A stretch of DNA of 64,000 nucleotides. Source: the human T2T-CHM13v2.0 reference genome, Homo sapiens. The notes below the pieces were generated by a model. That model had not been told where the DNA came from and did no database searches. It was given only the letters and a program-made list of their open reading frames with translations. The number at the start of each line of letters is the position of its first letter. Position 1 is the first letter of the stretch. The translations under genes were made by a program, and so were the position numbers. Location of the stretch: assembly GCF_009914755.1 (NCBI RefSeq), contig NC_060940.1; one strand, 5' to 3'. Positions 24,801-38,474 of this stretch are shown here, in pieces.

Positions 24801-27800
24801 GAGATTTCAAGCGCTTTGAGGCCAAAAGCAGAAAAGGAAATATTTTCCTATAAAAACTCGACAGAATCTTTCTCAGAAACTGCTCTGGGATGTGTGCGTT
24901 CAACTCACAGAGTTTAACTTTTCTTTTCATTCAGCAGTTTGGAAACACTCTGTTTGGAAAGTCTGCACGTGGATATTTTGACCTCTTTGAGGCCTTCGTT
25001 GGAAACGGGTTTTTTTCATGTAAGGCTAGACAGAAGAAATCTCAGTAACTTCCTTGTGTTGTGTGTATTCAACTGACAGAGTTGAACCTTCCTTTAGACA
25101 GAGCAGATTCGAAACACTCTTTTTCTGCAATTTGCAAGTGGAGACTTCAAGCGCTTTGAGGCCAAAGGCAGAAAAGGAAATATCTTCGTATAAAAACCCG
25201 ACAGAATCATTCTCAGAAACTGCTCTGTGATGTGTGCGTTCAACTCACAGAGTTTAACTTTTCTTTTCATTCAGCAGTTTGGAAACACTCTGTTTGTAAA
25301 GTCTGCAAGTGGATATCTTGGCCTCTTAGAGGCCTTCGTTGGAAACGGGTTTTTTCATGTAAGGTTAGACAGAGGAATTCCCAGTAACTTCCTTGTGTTG
25401 TGTGCATTCAACTCACAGAGTTGAATGATTCTTTACACAGAGCAGTTTTGAGACACTCTTTTGGTGGAATTTGTAAGTGGAGAATTCAGCCGCTTTGATG
25501 TCAACGGTAGAAAAGGAAATATCTTCGTATAAAAACTAGACAGAATGATTCTCAGAAACTGTTTTGTGATGTGTGCGTTCAACTCACAGAGTTTAACCTT
25601 TCTTTTCAAAGAGCAGTTAGGAAACACTCTGTTTGTAAAGTCTGCAAGTGGATATTCAGACCTCTTTGAGGCCTTCGTTGGAAACGGGATTTCTTCATAT
25701 TATGCTAGACAGATGAATTCTCAGTAACTTCCTTGTGTTGTGTGTATTCAACTCACAGAGTTGAACGATCCTTTACACAGAGCAGATTTGAAACACTGTT
25801 TTTCTGGAATTTGCAAGTGGAGATTTCAGCCGCTTTGAGGTCAATGGTAGAAAAGGAAATATCTTCGTATAAAAACTAGACAGAATGATTCTCAGAAACT
25901 CCTTTGTGATGTGTGCGTTCAACTCACAGGGTTTAACCTTTCTTTTCACAGAGCAGTTAGGAAACACTCTGTTTGTGAAGCCTGCCAGTGGATATTCGGA
26001 CCTCTTTGAGGCCTTCGTTGGAAACGGGATTTCTTCATATTATGCTAGACAGAAGATTTCTCAGTAACTTCTTTGTGTTGTGTGTATGCAACTCACAGAG
26101 TTCAACCTTCCTTTAGACAGAGCAGATTTGAAACACTCTTTTTGTGGAATTTGCAAGTGGAGATTTCAAGCGCTTCGATGCCAATGGTAGAAAAGGAAAT
26201 ATCTTCGTATAAAAACAAGACAAACTCGTTCCCAGACACTGCGTAGTGATGTGTGTGTTTAACTCACAGAGTTTCACCTTTCTTTTCATACAGCATTCTG
26301 GAAACCCTGTGTTTGTAAAGTCTGCAAGTGGATATTTGGACCTCTTAGATGCCTTCGTTGGAAACGGGATTTCTTCATATAATGCTAGAGGGAAGAATTC
26401 TTAGTAACTTCTTTGTGTTGTGTGTATTCAACTGACAGAGTTGAACCTTCCTTTAGACAGAGCAGATTTGAAAGTCTCTTTTTGTGGAATTTGCAAGTGG
26501 AGATTTCAAGCGCTTTGAGGCCAAAAGCAGAAAAGGAAATATTTTCCTATAAAAACTCGACAGAATCTTTCTCAGAAACTGCTCTGGGATGTGTGCGTTC
26601 AACTCACAGAGTTTAACTTTTCTTTTCATTCAGCAGTTTGGAAACACTCTGTTTGGAAAGTCTGCACGTGGATATTTTGACCTCTTTGAGGCCTTCGTTG
26701 GAAACGGGTTTTTTTCATGTAAGGCTAGACAGAAGAAATCTCAGTAACTTCCTTGTGTTGTGTGTATTCAACTGACAGAGTTGAACCTTCCTTTAGACAG
26801 AGCAGATTCGAAACACTCTTTTTCTGCAATTTGCAAGTGGAGACTTCAAGCGCTTTGAGGCCAAAGGCAGAAAAGGAAATATCTTCGTATAAAAACCCGA
26901 CAGAATCATTCTCAGAAACTGCTCTGTGATGTGTGCGTTCAACTCACAGAGTTTAACTTTTCTTTTCATTCAGCAGTTTGGAAACACTCTGTTTGTAAAG
27001 TCTGCAAGTGGATATCTTGGCCTCTTAGAGGCCTTCGTTGGAAGCGGGTTTTTTCATGTAAGGTTAGACAGAGGAATTCCCACTAACTTCCTTGTGTTGT
27101 GTGCATTCAACTCACAGAGTTGAATGATTCTTTACACAGAGCAGATTTGAGACACTCTTTTGGTGGAATTTGTAAGTGGAGAATTCAGCCGCTTTGAGGT
27201 CAACGGTAGAAAAGGAAATATCTTCGTATAAAAACTAGACAGAATGATTCTCAGAAACTGTTTTGTGATGTGTGCGTTCAACTCACAGAGTTTAACCTTT
27301 CTTTTCAAAGAGCAGTTAGGAAACACTCTGTTTGTAAAGTCTGCAAGTGGATATTCAGACCTCTTTGAGGCCTTCGTTGGAAACGGGATTTCTTCATATT
27401 ATGCTAGACAGATGAATTCTCAGTAACTTCCTTGTGTTGTGTGTATTCAACTCACAGAGTTAAACGATCCTTTACACAGAGCAGATTTGAAACACTGTTT
27501 TTCTGGAATTTGCAAGTGGAGATTTCAGCCGCTTTGAGGTCAATGGTAGAAAAGGAAATATCTTCGTATAAAAACTAGACAGAATGATTCTCAGAAACTC
27601 CTTTGTGATGTGTGCGTTCAACTCACAGAGTTTAACCTTTCTTTTCACAGAGCAGTTAGGAAACACTCTGTTTGTGAAGCCTGCCAGTGGATATTCGGAC
27701 CTCTTTGAGGCCTTCGTTGGAAACGGGATTTCTTCATATTATGCTAGACAGAAGATTTCTCAGTAACTTCTTTGTGTTGTGTGTATGCAACTCACAGAGT

Positions 27801-30800
27801 TCAACCTTCCTTTAGACAGAGCAGATTTGAAACACTCTTTTTGTGGAATTTGCAAGTGGAGATTTCAAGCGCTTCGATGCCAATGGTAGAAAAGGAAATA
27901 TCTTCGTATAAAAACAAGACAAACTCGTTCCCAGACACTGCGTAGTGATGTGTGTGTTTAACTCACAGAGTTTCACCTTTCTTTTCATACAGCATTCTGG
28001 AAACCCTGTGTTTGTAAAGTCTGCAAGTGGATATTTGGACCTCTTAGATGCCTTCGTTGGAAACGGGATTTCTTCATATAATGCTAGAGGGAAGAATTCT
28101 TAGTAACTTCTTTGTGTTGTGTGTATTCAACTGACAGAGTTGAACCTTCCTTTAGACAGAGCAGATTTGAAAGTCTCTTTTTGTGGAATTTGCAAGTGGA
28201 GATTTCAAGCGCTTTGAGGCCAAAAGCAGAAAAGGAAATATTTTCCTATAAAAACTCGACAGAATCTTTCTCAGAAACTGCTCTGGGATGTGTGCGTTCA
28301 ACTCACAGAGTTTAACTTTTCTTTTCATTCAGCAGTTTGGAAACACTCTGTTTGGAAAGTCTGCACGTGGATATTTTGACCTCTTTGAGGCCTTCGTTGG
28401 AAACGGGTTTTTTTCATGTAAGGCTAGACAGAAGAAATCTCAGTAACTTCCTTGTGTTGTGTGTATTCAACTGACAGAGTTGAACCTTCCTTTAGACAGA
28501 GCAGATTCGAAACACTCTTTTTCTGCAATTTGCAAGTGGAGACTTCAAGCGCTTTGAGGCCAAAGGCAGAAAAGGAAATATCTTCGTATAAAAACCCGAC
28601 AGAATCATTCTCAGAAACTGCTCTGTGATGTGTGCGTTCAACTCACAGAGTTTAACTTTTCTTTTCATTCAGCAGTTTGGAAACACTCTGTTTGTAAAGT
28701 CTGCAAGTGGATATCTTGGCCTCTTAGAGGCCTTCGTTGGAAACGGGTTTTTTCATGTAAGGATAGACAGAGGAATTCCCAGTAACTTCCTTGTGTTGTG
28801 TGCATTCAACTCACAGAGTTGAATGATTCTTTACACAGAGCAGATTTGAGACACTCTTTTGGTGGAATTTGTAAGTGGAGAATTCAGCCGCTTTGAGGTC
28901 AACGGTAGAAAAGGAAATATCTTCGTATAAAAACTAGACAGAATGATTCTCAGAAACTGTTTTGTGATGTGTGCGTTCAACTCACAGAGTTTAACCTTTC
29001 TTTTCAAAGAGCAGTTAGGAAACACTCTGTTTGTAAAGTCTGCAAGTGGATATTCAGACCTCTTTGAGGCCTTCGTTGGAAACGGGATTTCTTCATATTA
29101 TGCTAGACAGATGAATTCTCAGTAACTTCCTTGTGTTGTGTGTATTCAACTCACAGAGTTGAACGATCCTTTACACAGAGCAGATTTGAAACACTGTTTT
29201 TCTGGAATTTGCAAGTGGAGATTTCAGCCGCTTTGAGGTCAATGGTAGAAAAGGAAATATCTTCGTATAAAAACTAGACAGAATGATTCTCAGAAACTCC
29301 TTTGTGATGTGTGCGTTCAACTCACAGGGTTTAACCTTTCTTTTCACAGAGCAGTTAGGAAACACTCTGTTTGTGAAGCCTGCCAGTGGATATTCGGACC
29401 TCTTTGAGGCCTTCGTTGGAAACGGGATTTCTTCATATTATGCTAGACAGAAGATTTCTCAGTAACTTCTTTGTGTTGTGTGTATGCAACTCACAGAGTT
29501 CAACCTTCCTTTAGACAGAGCAGATTTGAAACACTCTTTTTGTGGAATTTGCAAGTGGAGATTTCAAGCGCTTCGATGCCAATGGTAGAAAAGGAAATAT
29601 CTTCGTATAAAAACAAGACAAACTCGTTCCCAGACACTGCGTAGTGATGTGTGTGTTTAACTCACAGAGTTTCACCTTTCTTTTCATACAGCATTCTGGA
29701 AACCCTGTGTTTGTAAAGTCTGCAAGTGGATATTTGGACCTCTTAGATGCCTTCGTTGGAAACGGGATTTCTTCATATAATGCTAGAGGGAAGAATTCTT
29801 AGTAACTTCTTTGTGTTGTGTGTATTCAACTGACAGAGTTGAACCTTCCTTTAGACAGAGCAGATTTGAAAGTCTCTTTTTGTGGAATTTGCAAGTGGAG
29901 ATTTCAAGCGCTTTGAGGCCAAAAGCAGAAAAGGAAATATTTTCCTATAAAAACTCGACAGAATCTTTCTCAGAAACTGCTCTGGGATGTGTGCGTTCAA
30001 CTCACAGAGTTTAACTTTTCTTTTCATTCAGCAGTTTGGAAACACTCTGTTTGGAAAGTCTGCACGTGGATATTTTGACCTCTTTGAGGCCTTCGTTGGA
30101 AACGGGTTTTTTTCATGTAAGGCTAGACAGAAGAAATCTCAGTAACTTCCTTGTGTTGTGTGTATTCAACTGACAGAGTTGAACCTTCCTTTAGACAGAG
30201 CAGATTCGAAACACTCTTTTTCTGCAATTTGCAAGTGGAGACTTCAAGCGCTTTGAGGCCAAAGGCAGAAAAGGAAATATCTTCGTATAAAAACCCGACA
30301 GAATCATTCTCAGAAACTGCTCTGTGATGTGTGCGTTCAACTCACAGAGTTTAACTTTTCTTTTCATTCAGCAGTTTGGAAACACTCTGTTTGTAAAGTC
30401 TGCAAGTGGATATCTTGGCCTCTTAGAGGCCTTCGTTGGAAACGGGTTTTTTCATGTAAGGATAGACAGAGGAATTCCCAGTAACTTCCTTGTGTTGTGT
30501 GCATTCAACTCACAGAGTTGAATGATTCTTTACACAGAGCAGATTTGAGACACTCTTTTGGTGGAATTTGTAAGTGGAGAATTCAGCCGCTTTGAGGTCA
30601 ACGGTAGAAAAGGAAATATCTTCGTATAAAAACTAGACAGAATGATTCTCAGAAACTGTTTTGTGATGTGTGCGTTCAACTCACAGAGTTTAACCTTTCT
30701 TTTCAAAGAGCAGTTAGGAAACACTCTGTTTGTAAAGTCTGCAAGTGGATATTCAGACCTCTTTGAGGCCTTCGTTGGAAACGGGATTTCTTCATATTAT

Positions 30801-33721
30801 GCTAGACAGATGAATTCTCAGTAACTTCCTTGTGTTGTGTGTATTCAACTCACAGAGTTGAACGATCCTTTACACAGAGCAGATTTGAAACACTGTTTTT
30901 CTGGAATTTGCAAGTGGAGATTTCAGCCGCTTTGAGGTCAATGGTAGAAAAGGAAATATCTTCGTATAAAAACTAGACAGAATGATTCTCAGAAACTCCT
31001 TTGTGATGTGTGCGTTCAACTCACAGGGTTTAACCTTTCTTTTCACAGAGCAGTTAGGAAACACTCTGTTTGTGAAGCCTGCCAGTGGATATTCGGACCT
31101 CTTTGAGGCCTTCGTTGGAAACGGGATTTCTTCATATTATGCTAGACAGAAGATTTCTCAGTAACTTCTTTGTGTTGTGTGTATGCAACTCACAGAGTTC
31201 AACCTTCCTTTAGACAGAGCAGATTTGAAACACTCTTTTTGTGGAATTTGCAAGTGGAGATTTCAAGCGCTTCGATGCCAATGGTAGAAAAGGAAATATC
31301 TTCGTATAAAAACAAGACAAACTCGTTCCCAGACACTGCGTAGTGATGTGTGTGTTTAACTCACAGAGTTTCACCTTTCTTTTCATACAGCATTCTGGAA
31401 ACCCTCTGTTTGTAAAGTCTGCAAGTGGATATTTGGACCTCTTAGATGCCTTCGTTGCAAACGGGATTTCTTCATATAATGCTAGAGGGAAGAATTCTTA
31501 GTAACTTCTTTGTGTTGTGTGTATTCAACTGACAGAGTTGAACCTTCCTTTAGACAGAGCAGATTTGAAAGTCTCTTTTTGTGGAATTTGCAAGTGGAGA
31601 TTTCAAGCGCTTTGAGGCCAAAAGCAGAAAAGGAAATATTTTCCTATAAAAACTCGACAGAATCTTTCTCAGAAACTGCTCTGGGATGTGTGCGTTCAAC
31701 TCACAGAGTTTAACTTTTCTTTTCATTCAGCAGTTTGGAAACACTCTGTTTGGAAAGTCTGCACGTGGATATTTTGACCTCTTTGAGGCCTTCGTTGGAA
31801 ACGGGTTTTTTTCATGTAAGGCTAGACAGAAGAAATCTCAGTAACTTCCTTGTGTTGTGTGTATTCAACTGACAGAGTTGAACCTTCCTTTAGACAGAGC
31901 AGATTCGAAACACTCTTTTTCTGCAATTTGCAAGTGGAGACTTCAAGCGCTTTGAGGCCAAAGGCAGAAAAGGAAATATCTTCGTATAAAAACCCGACAG
32001 AATCATTCTCAGAAACTGCTCTGTGATGTGTGCGTTCAACTCACAGAGTTTAACTTTTCTTTTCATTCAGCAGTTTGGAAACACTCTGTTTGTAAAGTCT
32101 GCAAGTGGATATCTTGGCCTCTTAGAGGCCTTCGTTGGAAACGGGTTTTTTCATGTAAGGTTAGACAGAGGAATTCCCAGTAACTTCCTTGTGTTGTGTG
32201 CATTCAACTCACAGAGTTGAATGATTCTTTACACAGAGCAGTTTTGAGACACTCTTTTGGTGGAATTTGTAAGTGGAGAATTCAGCCGCTTTGAGGTCAA
32301 CGGTAGAAAAGGAAATATCTTCGTATAAAAACTAGACAGAATGATTCTCAGAAACTGTTTTGTGATGTGTGCGTTCAACTCACAGAGTTTAACCTTTCTT
32401 TTCAAAGAGCAGTTAGGAAACACTCTGTTTGTAAAGTCTGCAAGTGGATATTCAGACCTCTTTGAGGCCTTCGTTGGAAACGGGATTTCTTCATATTATG
32501 CTAGACAGATGAATTCTCAGTAACTTCCTTGTGTTGTGTGTATTCAACTCACAGAGTTGAACGATCCTTTACACAGAGCAGATTTGAAACACTGTTTTTC
32601 TGGAATTTGCAAGTGGAGATTTCAGCCGCTTTGAGGTCAATGGTAGAAAAGGAAATATCTTCGTATAAAAACTAGACAGAATGATTCTCAGAAACTCCTT
32701 TGTGATGTGTGCGTTCAACTCACAGGGTTTAACCTTTCTTTTCACAGAGCAGTTAGGAAACACTCTGTTTGTGAAGCCTGCCAGTGGATATTCGGACCTC
32801 TTTGAGGCCTTCGTTGGAAACGGGATTTCTTCATATTATGCTAGACAGAAGATTTCTCAGTAACTTCTTTGTGTTGTGTGTATGCAACTCACAGAGTTCA
32901 ACCTTCCTTTAGACAGAGCAGATTTGAAACACTCTTTTTGTGGAATTTGCAAGTGGAGATTTCAAGCGCTTCGATGCCAATGGTAGAAAAGGAAATATCT
33001 TCGTATAAAAACAAGACAAACTCGTTCCCAGACACTGCGTAGTGATGTGTGTGTTTAACTCACAGAGTTTCACCTTTCTTTTCATACAGCATTCTGGAAA
33101 CCCTCTGTTTGTAAAGTCTGCAAGTGGATATTTGGACCTCTTAGATGCCTTCGTTGCAAACGGGATTTCTTCATATAATGCTAGAGGGAAGAATTCTTAG
33201 TAACTTCTTTGTGTTGTGTGTATTCAACTGACAGAGTTGAACCTTCCTTTAGACAGAGCAGAGTTGAAAGTCTCTTTTTGTGGAATTTGCAAGTGGAGAT
33301 TTCAAGCGCTTTGAGGCCAAAAGCAGAAAAGGAAATATTTTCCTATAAAAACTCGACAGAATCTTTCTCAGAAACTGCTCTGGGATGTGTGCGTTCAACT
33401 CACAGAGTTTAACTTTTCTTTTCATTCAGCAGTTTGGAAACACTCTGTTTGGAAAGTCTGCACGTGGATATTTTGACCTCTTTGAGGCCTTCGTTGGAAA
33501 CGGGTTTTTTTCATGTAAGGCTAGACAGAAGAAATCTCAGTAACTTCCTTGTGTTGTGTGTATTCAACTGACAGAGTTGAACCTTCCTTTAGACAGAGCA
33601 GATTCGAAACACTCTTTTTCTGCAATTTGCAAGTGGAGACTTCAAGCGCTTTGAGGCCAAAGGCAGAAAAGGAAATATCTTCGTATAAAAACCCGACAGA
33701 ATCATTCTCAGAAACTGCTCT

Positions 33722-35416
33722 GTGATGTGTGCGTTCAACTCACAGAGTTTAACTTTTCTTTTCATTCAGCAGTTTGGAAACACTCTGTTTGTAAAGTCTG
33801 CAAGTGGATATCTTGGCCTCTTAGAGGCCTTCGTTGGAAACGGGTTTTTTCATGTAAGGATAGACACAGGAATTCCCAGTAACTTCCTTGTGTTGTGTGC
33901 ATTCAACTCACAGAGTTGAATGATTCTTTACACAGAGCAGTTTTGAGACACTCTTTTGGTGGAATTTGTAAGTGGAGAATTCAGCCGCTTTGAGGTCAAC
34001 GGTAGAAAAGGAAATATCTTCGTATAAAAACTAGACAGAATGATTCTCAGAAACTGTTTTGTGATGTGTGCGTTCAACTCACAGAGTTTAACCTTTCTTT
34101 TCAAAGAGCAGTTAGGAAACACTCTGTTTGTAAAGTCTGCAAGTGGATATTCAGACCTCTTTGAGGCCTTCGTTGGAAACGGGATTTCTTCATATTATGC
34201 TAGACAGATGAATTCTCAGTAACTTCCTTGTGTTGTGTGTATTCAACTCACAGAGTTGAACGATCCTTTACACAGAGCAGATTTGAAACACTGTTTTTCT
34301 GGAATTTGCAAGTGGAGATTTCAGCCGCTTTGAGGTCAATGGTAGAAAAGGAAATATCTTCGTATAAAAACTAGACAGAATGATTCTCAGAAACTCCTTT
34401 GTGATGTGTGCGTTCAACTCACAGAGTTTAACCTTTCTTTTCACAGAGCAGTTAGGAAACACTCTGTTTGTGAAGCCTGCCAGTGGATATTCGGACCTCT
34501 TTGAGGCCTTCGTTGGAAACGGGATTTCTTCATATTATGCTAGACAGAAGATTTCTCAGTAACTTCTTTGTGTTGTGTGTATGCAACTCACAGAGTTCAA
34601 CCTTCCTTTAGACAGAGCAGATTTGAAACACTCTTTTTGTGGAATTTGCAAGTGGAGATTTCAAGCGCTTCGATGCCAATGGTAGAAAAGGAAATATCTT
34701 CGTATAAAAACAAGACAAACTCGTTCCCAGACACTGCGTAGTGATGTGTGTGTTTAACTCACAGAGTTTCACCTTTCTTTTCATACAGCATTCTGGAAAC
34801 CCTCTGTTTGTAAAGTCTGCAAGTGGATATTTGGACCTCTTAGATGCCTTCGTTGGAAACGGGATTTCTTCATATAATGCTAGAGGGAAGAATTCTTAGT
34901 AACTTCTTTGTGTTGTGTGTATTCAACTGACAGAGTTGAACCTTCCTTTAGACAGAGCAGATTTGAAAGTCTCTTTTTGTGGAATTTGCAAGTGGAGATT
35001 TCAAGCGCTTTGAGGCCAAAAGCAGAAAAGGAAATATTTTCCTATAAAAACTCGACAGAATCTTTCTCAGAAACTGCTCTGGGATGTGTGCATTCAACTC
35101 ACAGAGTTTAACTTTTCTTTTCATTCAGCAGTTTGGAAACACTCTGGAAAGTCTGCACGTGGATATTTTGACCTCTTTGAGGCCTTCGTTGGAAACGGGT
35201 TTTTTTCATGTAAGGCTAGACAGAAGAAATCTCAGTAACTTCCTTGTGTTGTGTGTATTCAACTGACAGAGTTGAACCTTCCTTTAGACAGAGCAGATTC
35301 GAAACACTCTTTTTCTGCAATTTGCAAGTGGAGACTTCAAGCGCTTTGAGGCCAAAGGCAGAAAAGGAAATATCTTCGTATAAAAACCCGACAGAATCAT
35401 TCTCAGAAACTGCTCT
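33722..35416 (+). repeat. 1695 bp HOR variant (4 bp deletion)
   Basis: Period is 1695. It reads GGAAACACTCTGGAAAG at ~35146 instead of GGAAACACTCTGTTTGGAAAG. Confidence 0.92.
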
Positions 35417-37115
35417 GTGATGTGTGCGTTCAACTCACAGAGTTTAACTTTTCTTTTCATTCAGCAGTTTGGAAACACTCTGTTTGTAAAGTCTGCAAGT
35501 GGATATCTTGGCCTCTTAGAGGCCTTCGTTGGAAACGGGTTTTTTCATGTAAGGTTAGACAGAGGAATTCCCAGTAACTTCCTTGTGTTGTGTGCATTCA
35601 ACTCACAGAGTTGAATGATTCTTTACACAGAGCAGTTTTGAGACACTCTTTTGGTGGAATTTGTAAGTGGAGAATTCAGCCGCTTTGATGTCAACGGTAG
35701 AAAAGGAAATATCTTCGTATAAAAACTAGACAGAATGATTCTCAGAAACTGTTTTGTGATGTGTGCGTTCAACTCACAGAGTTTAACCTTTCTTTTCAAA
35801 GAGCAGTTAGGAAACACTCTGTTTGTAAAGTCTGCAAGTGGATATTCAGACCTCTTTGAGGCCTTCGTTGGAAACGGGATTTCTTCATATTATGCTAGAC
35901 AGATGAATTCTCAGTAACTTCCTTGTGTTGTGTGTATTCAACTCACAGAGTTGAACGATCCTTTACACAGAGCAGATTTGAAACACTGTTTTTCTGGAAT
36001 TTGCAAGTGGAGATTTCAGCCGCTTTGAGGTCAATGGTAGAAAAGGAAATATCTTCGTATAAAAACTAGACAGAATGATTCTCAGAAACTCCTTTGTGAT
36101 GTGTGCGTTCAACTCACAGAGTTTAACCTTTCTTTTCACAGAGCAGTTAGGAAACACTCTGTTTGTGAAGCCTGCCAGTGGATATTTGGACCTCTTTGAG
36201 GCCTTCGTTGGAAACGGGATTTCTTCATATTATGCTAGACAGAAGATTTCTCAGTAACTTCTTTGTGTTGTGTGTATGCAACTCACAGAGTTCAACCTTC
36301 CTTTAGACAGAGCAGATTTGAAACACTCTTTTTGTGGAATTTGCAAGTGGAGATTTCAAGCGCTTCGATGCCAATGGTAGAAAAGGAAATATCTTCGTAT
36401 AAAAACAAGACAAACTCGTTCCCAGACACTGCGTAGTGATGTGTGTGTTTAACTCACAGAGTTTCACCTTTCTTTTCATACAGCATTCTGGAAACCCTGT
36501 GTTTGTAAAGTCTGCAAGTGGATATTTGGACCTCTTAGATGCCTTCGTTGGAAACGGGATTTCTTCATATAATGCTAGAGGGAAGAATTCTTAGTAACTT
36601 CTTTGTGTTGTGTGTATTCAACTGACAGAGTTGAACCTTCCTTTAGACAGAGCAGATTTGAAAGTCTCTTTTTGTGGAATTTGCAAGTGGAGATTTCAAG
36701 CGCTTTGAGGCCAAAAGCAGAAAAGGAAATATTTTCCTATAAAAACTCGACAGAATCTTTCTCAGAAACTGCTCTGGGATGTGTGCGTTCAACTCACAGA
36801 GTTTAACTTTTCTTTTCATTCAGCAGTTTGGAAACACTCTGTTTGGAAAGTCTGCACGTGGATATTTTGACCTCTTTGAGGCCTTCGTTGGAAACGGGTT
36901 TTTTTCATGTAAGGCTAGACAGAAGAAATCTCAGTAACTTCCTTGTGTTGTGTGTATTCAACTGACAGAGTTGAACCTTCCTTTAGACAGAGCAGATTCG
37001 AAACACTCTTTTTCTGCAATTTGCAAGTGGAGACTTCAAGCGCTTTGAGGCCAAAGGCAGAAAAGGAAATATCTTCGTATAAAAACCCGACAGAATCATT
37101 CTCAGAAACTGCTCT

Positions 37116-38474
37116 GTGATGTGTGCGTTCAACTCACAGAGTTTAACTTTTCTTTTCATTCAGCAGTTTGGAAACACTCTGTTTGTAAAGTCTGCAAGTG
37201 GATATCTTGGCCTCTTAGAGGCCTTCGTTGGAAGCGGGTTTTTTCATGTAAGGATAGACAGAGGAATTCCCAGTAACTTCCTTGTGTTGTATGCATTCAA
37301 CTCACAGAGTTGAATGATTCTTTACACAGAGCAGATTTGAAACACTGTTTTTCTGGAATTTGCAAGTGGAGATTTCAGCCGCTTTGAGGTCAATGGTAGA
37401 AAAGGAAATATCTTCGTATAAAAACTAGACAGAATGATTCTCAGAAACTCCTTTGTGATGTGTGCGTTCAACTCACAGAGTTTAACCTTTCTTTTCACAG
37501 AGCAGTTAGGAAACACTCTGTTTGTGAAGCCTGCCAGTGGATATTCGGACCTCTTTGAGGCCTTCGTTGGAAACGGGATTTCTTCATATTATGCTAGACA
37601 GAAGATTTCTCAGTAACTTCTTTGTGTTGTGTGTATGCAACTCACAGAGTTCAACCTTCCTTTAGACAGAGCAGATTTGAAACACTCTTTTTGTGGAATT
37701 TGCAAGTGGAGATTTCAAGCGCTTCGATGCCAATGGTAGAAAAGGAAATATCTTCGTATAAAAACAAGACAAACTCGTTCCCAGACACTGCGTAGTGATG
37801 TGTGTGTTTAACTCACAGAGTTTCACCTTTCTTTTCATACAGCATTCTGGAAACCGTGTGTTTGTAAAGTCTGCAAGTGGATATTTGGACCTCTTAGATG
37901 CCTTCGTTGGAAACGGGATTTCTTCATATAATGCTAGAGGGAAGAATTCTTAGTAACTTCTTTGTGTTGTGTGTATTCAACTGACAGAGTTGAACCTTCC
38001 TTTAGACAGAGCAGATTTGAAAGTCTCTTTTTGTGGAATTTGCAAGTGGAGATTTCAAGCGCTTTGAGGCCAAAAGCAGAAAAGGAAATATTTTCCTATA
38101 AAAACTCGACAGAATCTTTCTCAGAAACTGCTCTGGGATGTGTGCGTTCAACTCACAGAGTTTAACTTTTCTTTTCATTCAGCAGTTTGGAAACACTCTG
38201 TTTGGAAAGTCTGCACGTGGATATTTTGACCTCTTTGAGGCCTTCGTTGGAAACGGGTTTTTTTCATGTAAGGCTAGACAGAAGAAATCTCAGTAACTTC
38301 CTTGTGTTGTGTGTATTCAACTGACAGAGTTGAACCTTCCTTTAGACAGAGCAGATTCGAAACACTCTTTTTCTGCAATTTGCAAGTGGAGACTTCAAGC
38401 GCTTTGAGGCCAAAGGCAGAAAAGGAAATATCTTCGTATAAAAACCCGACAGAATCATTCTCAGAAACTGCTCT
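37116..38474 (+). repeat. 8-mer HOR structural variant (1359 bp), no. 2
   Basis: Period is 1359. TGAATGATTC (37311-37320) is joined to GATTTGAAACACTGTTTTTCTGG, with the crossover in 37320-37340. Confidence 0.93.
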
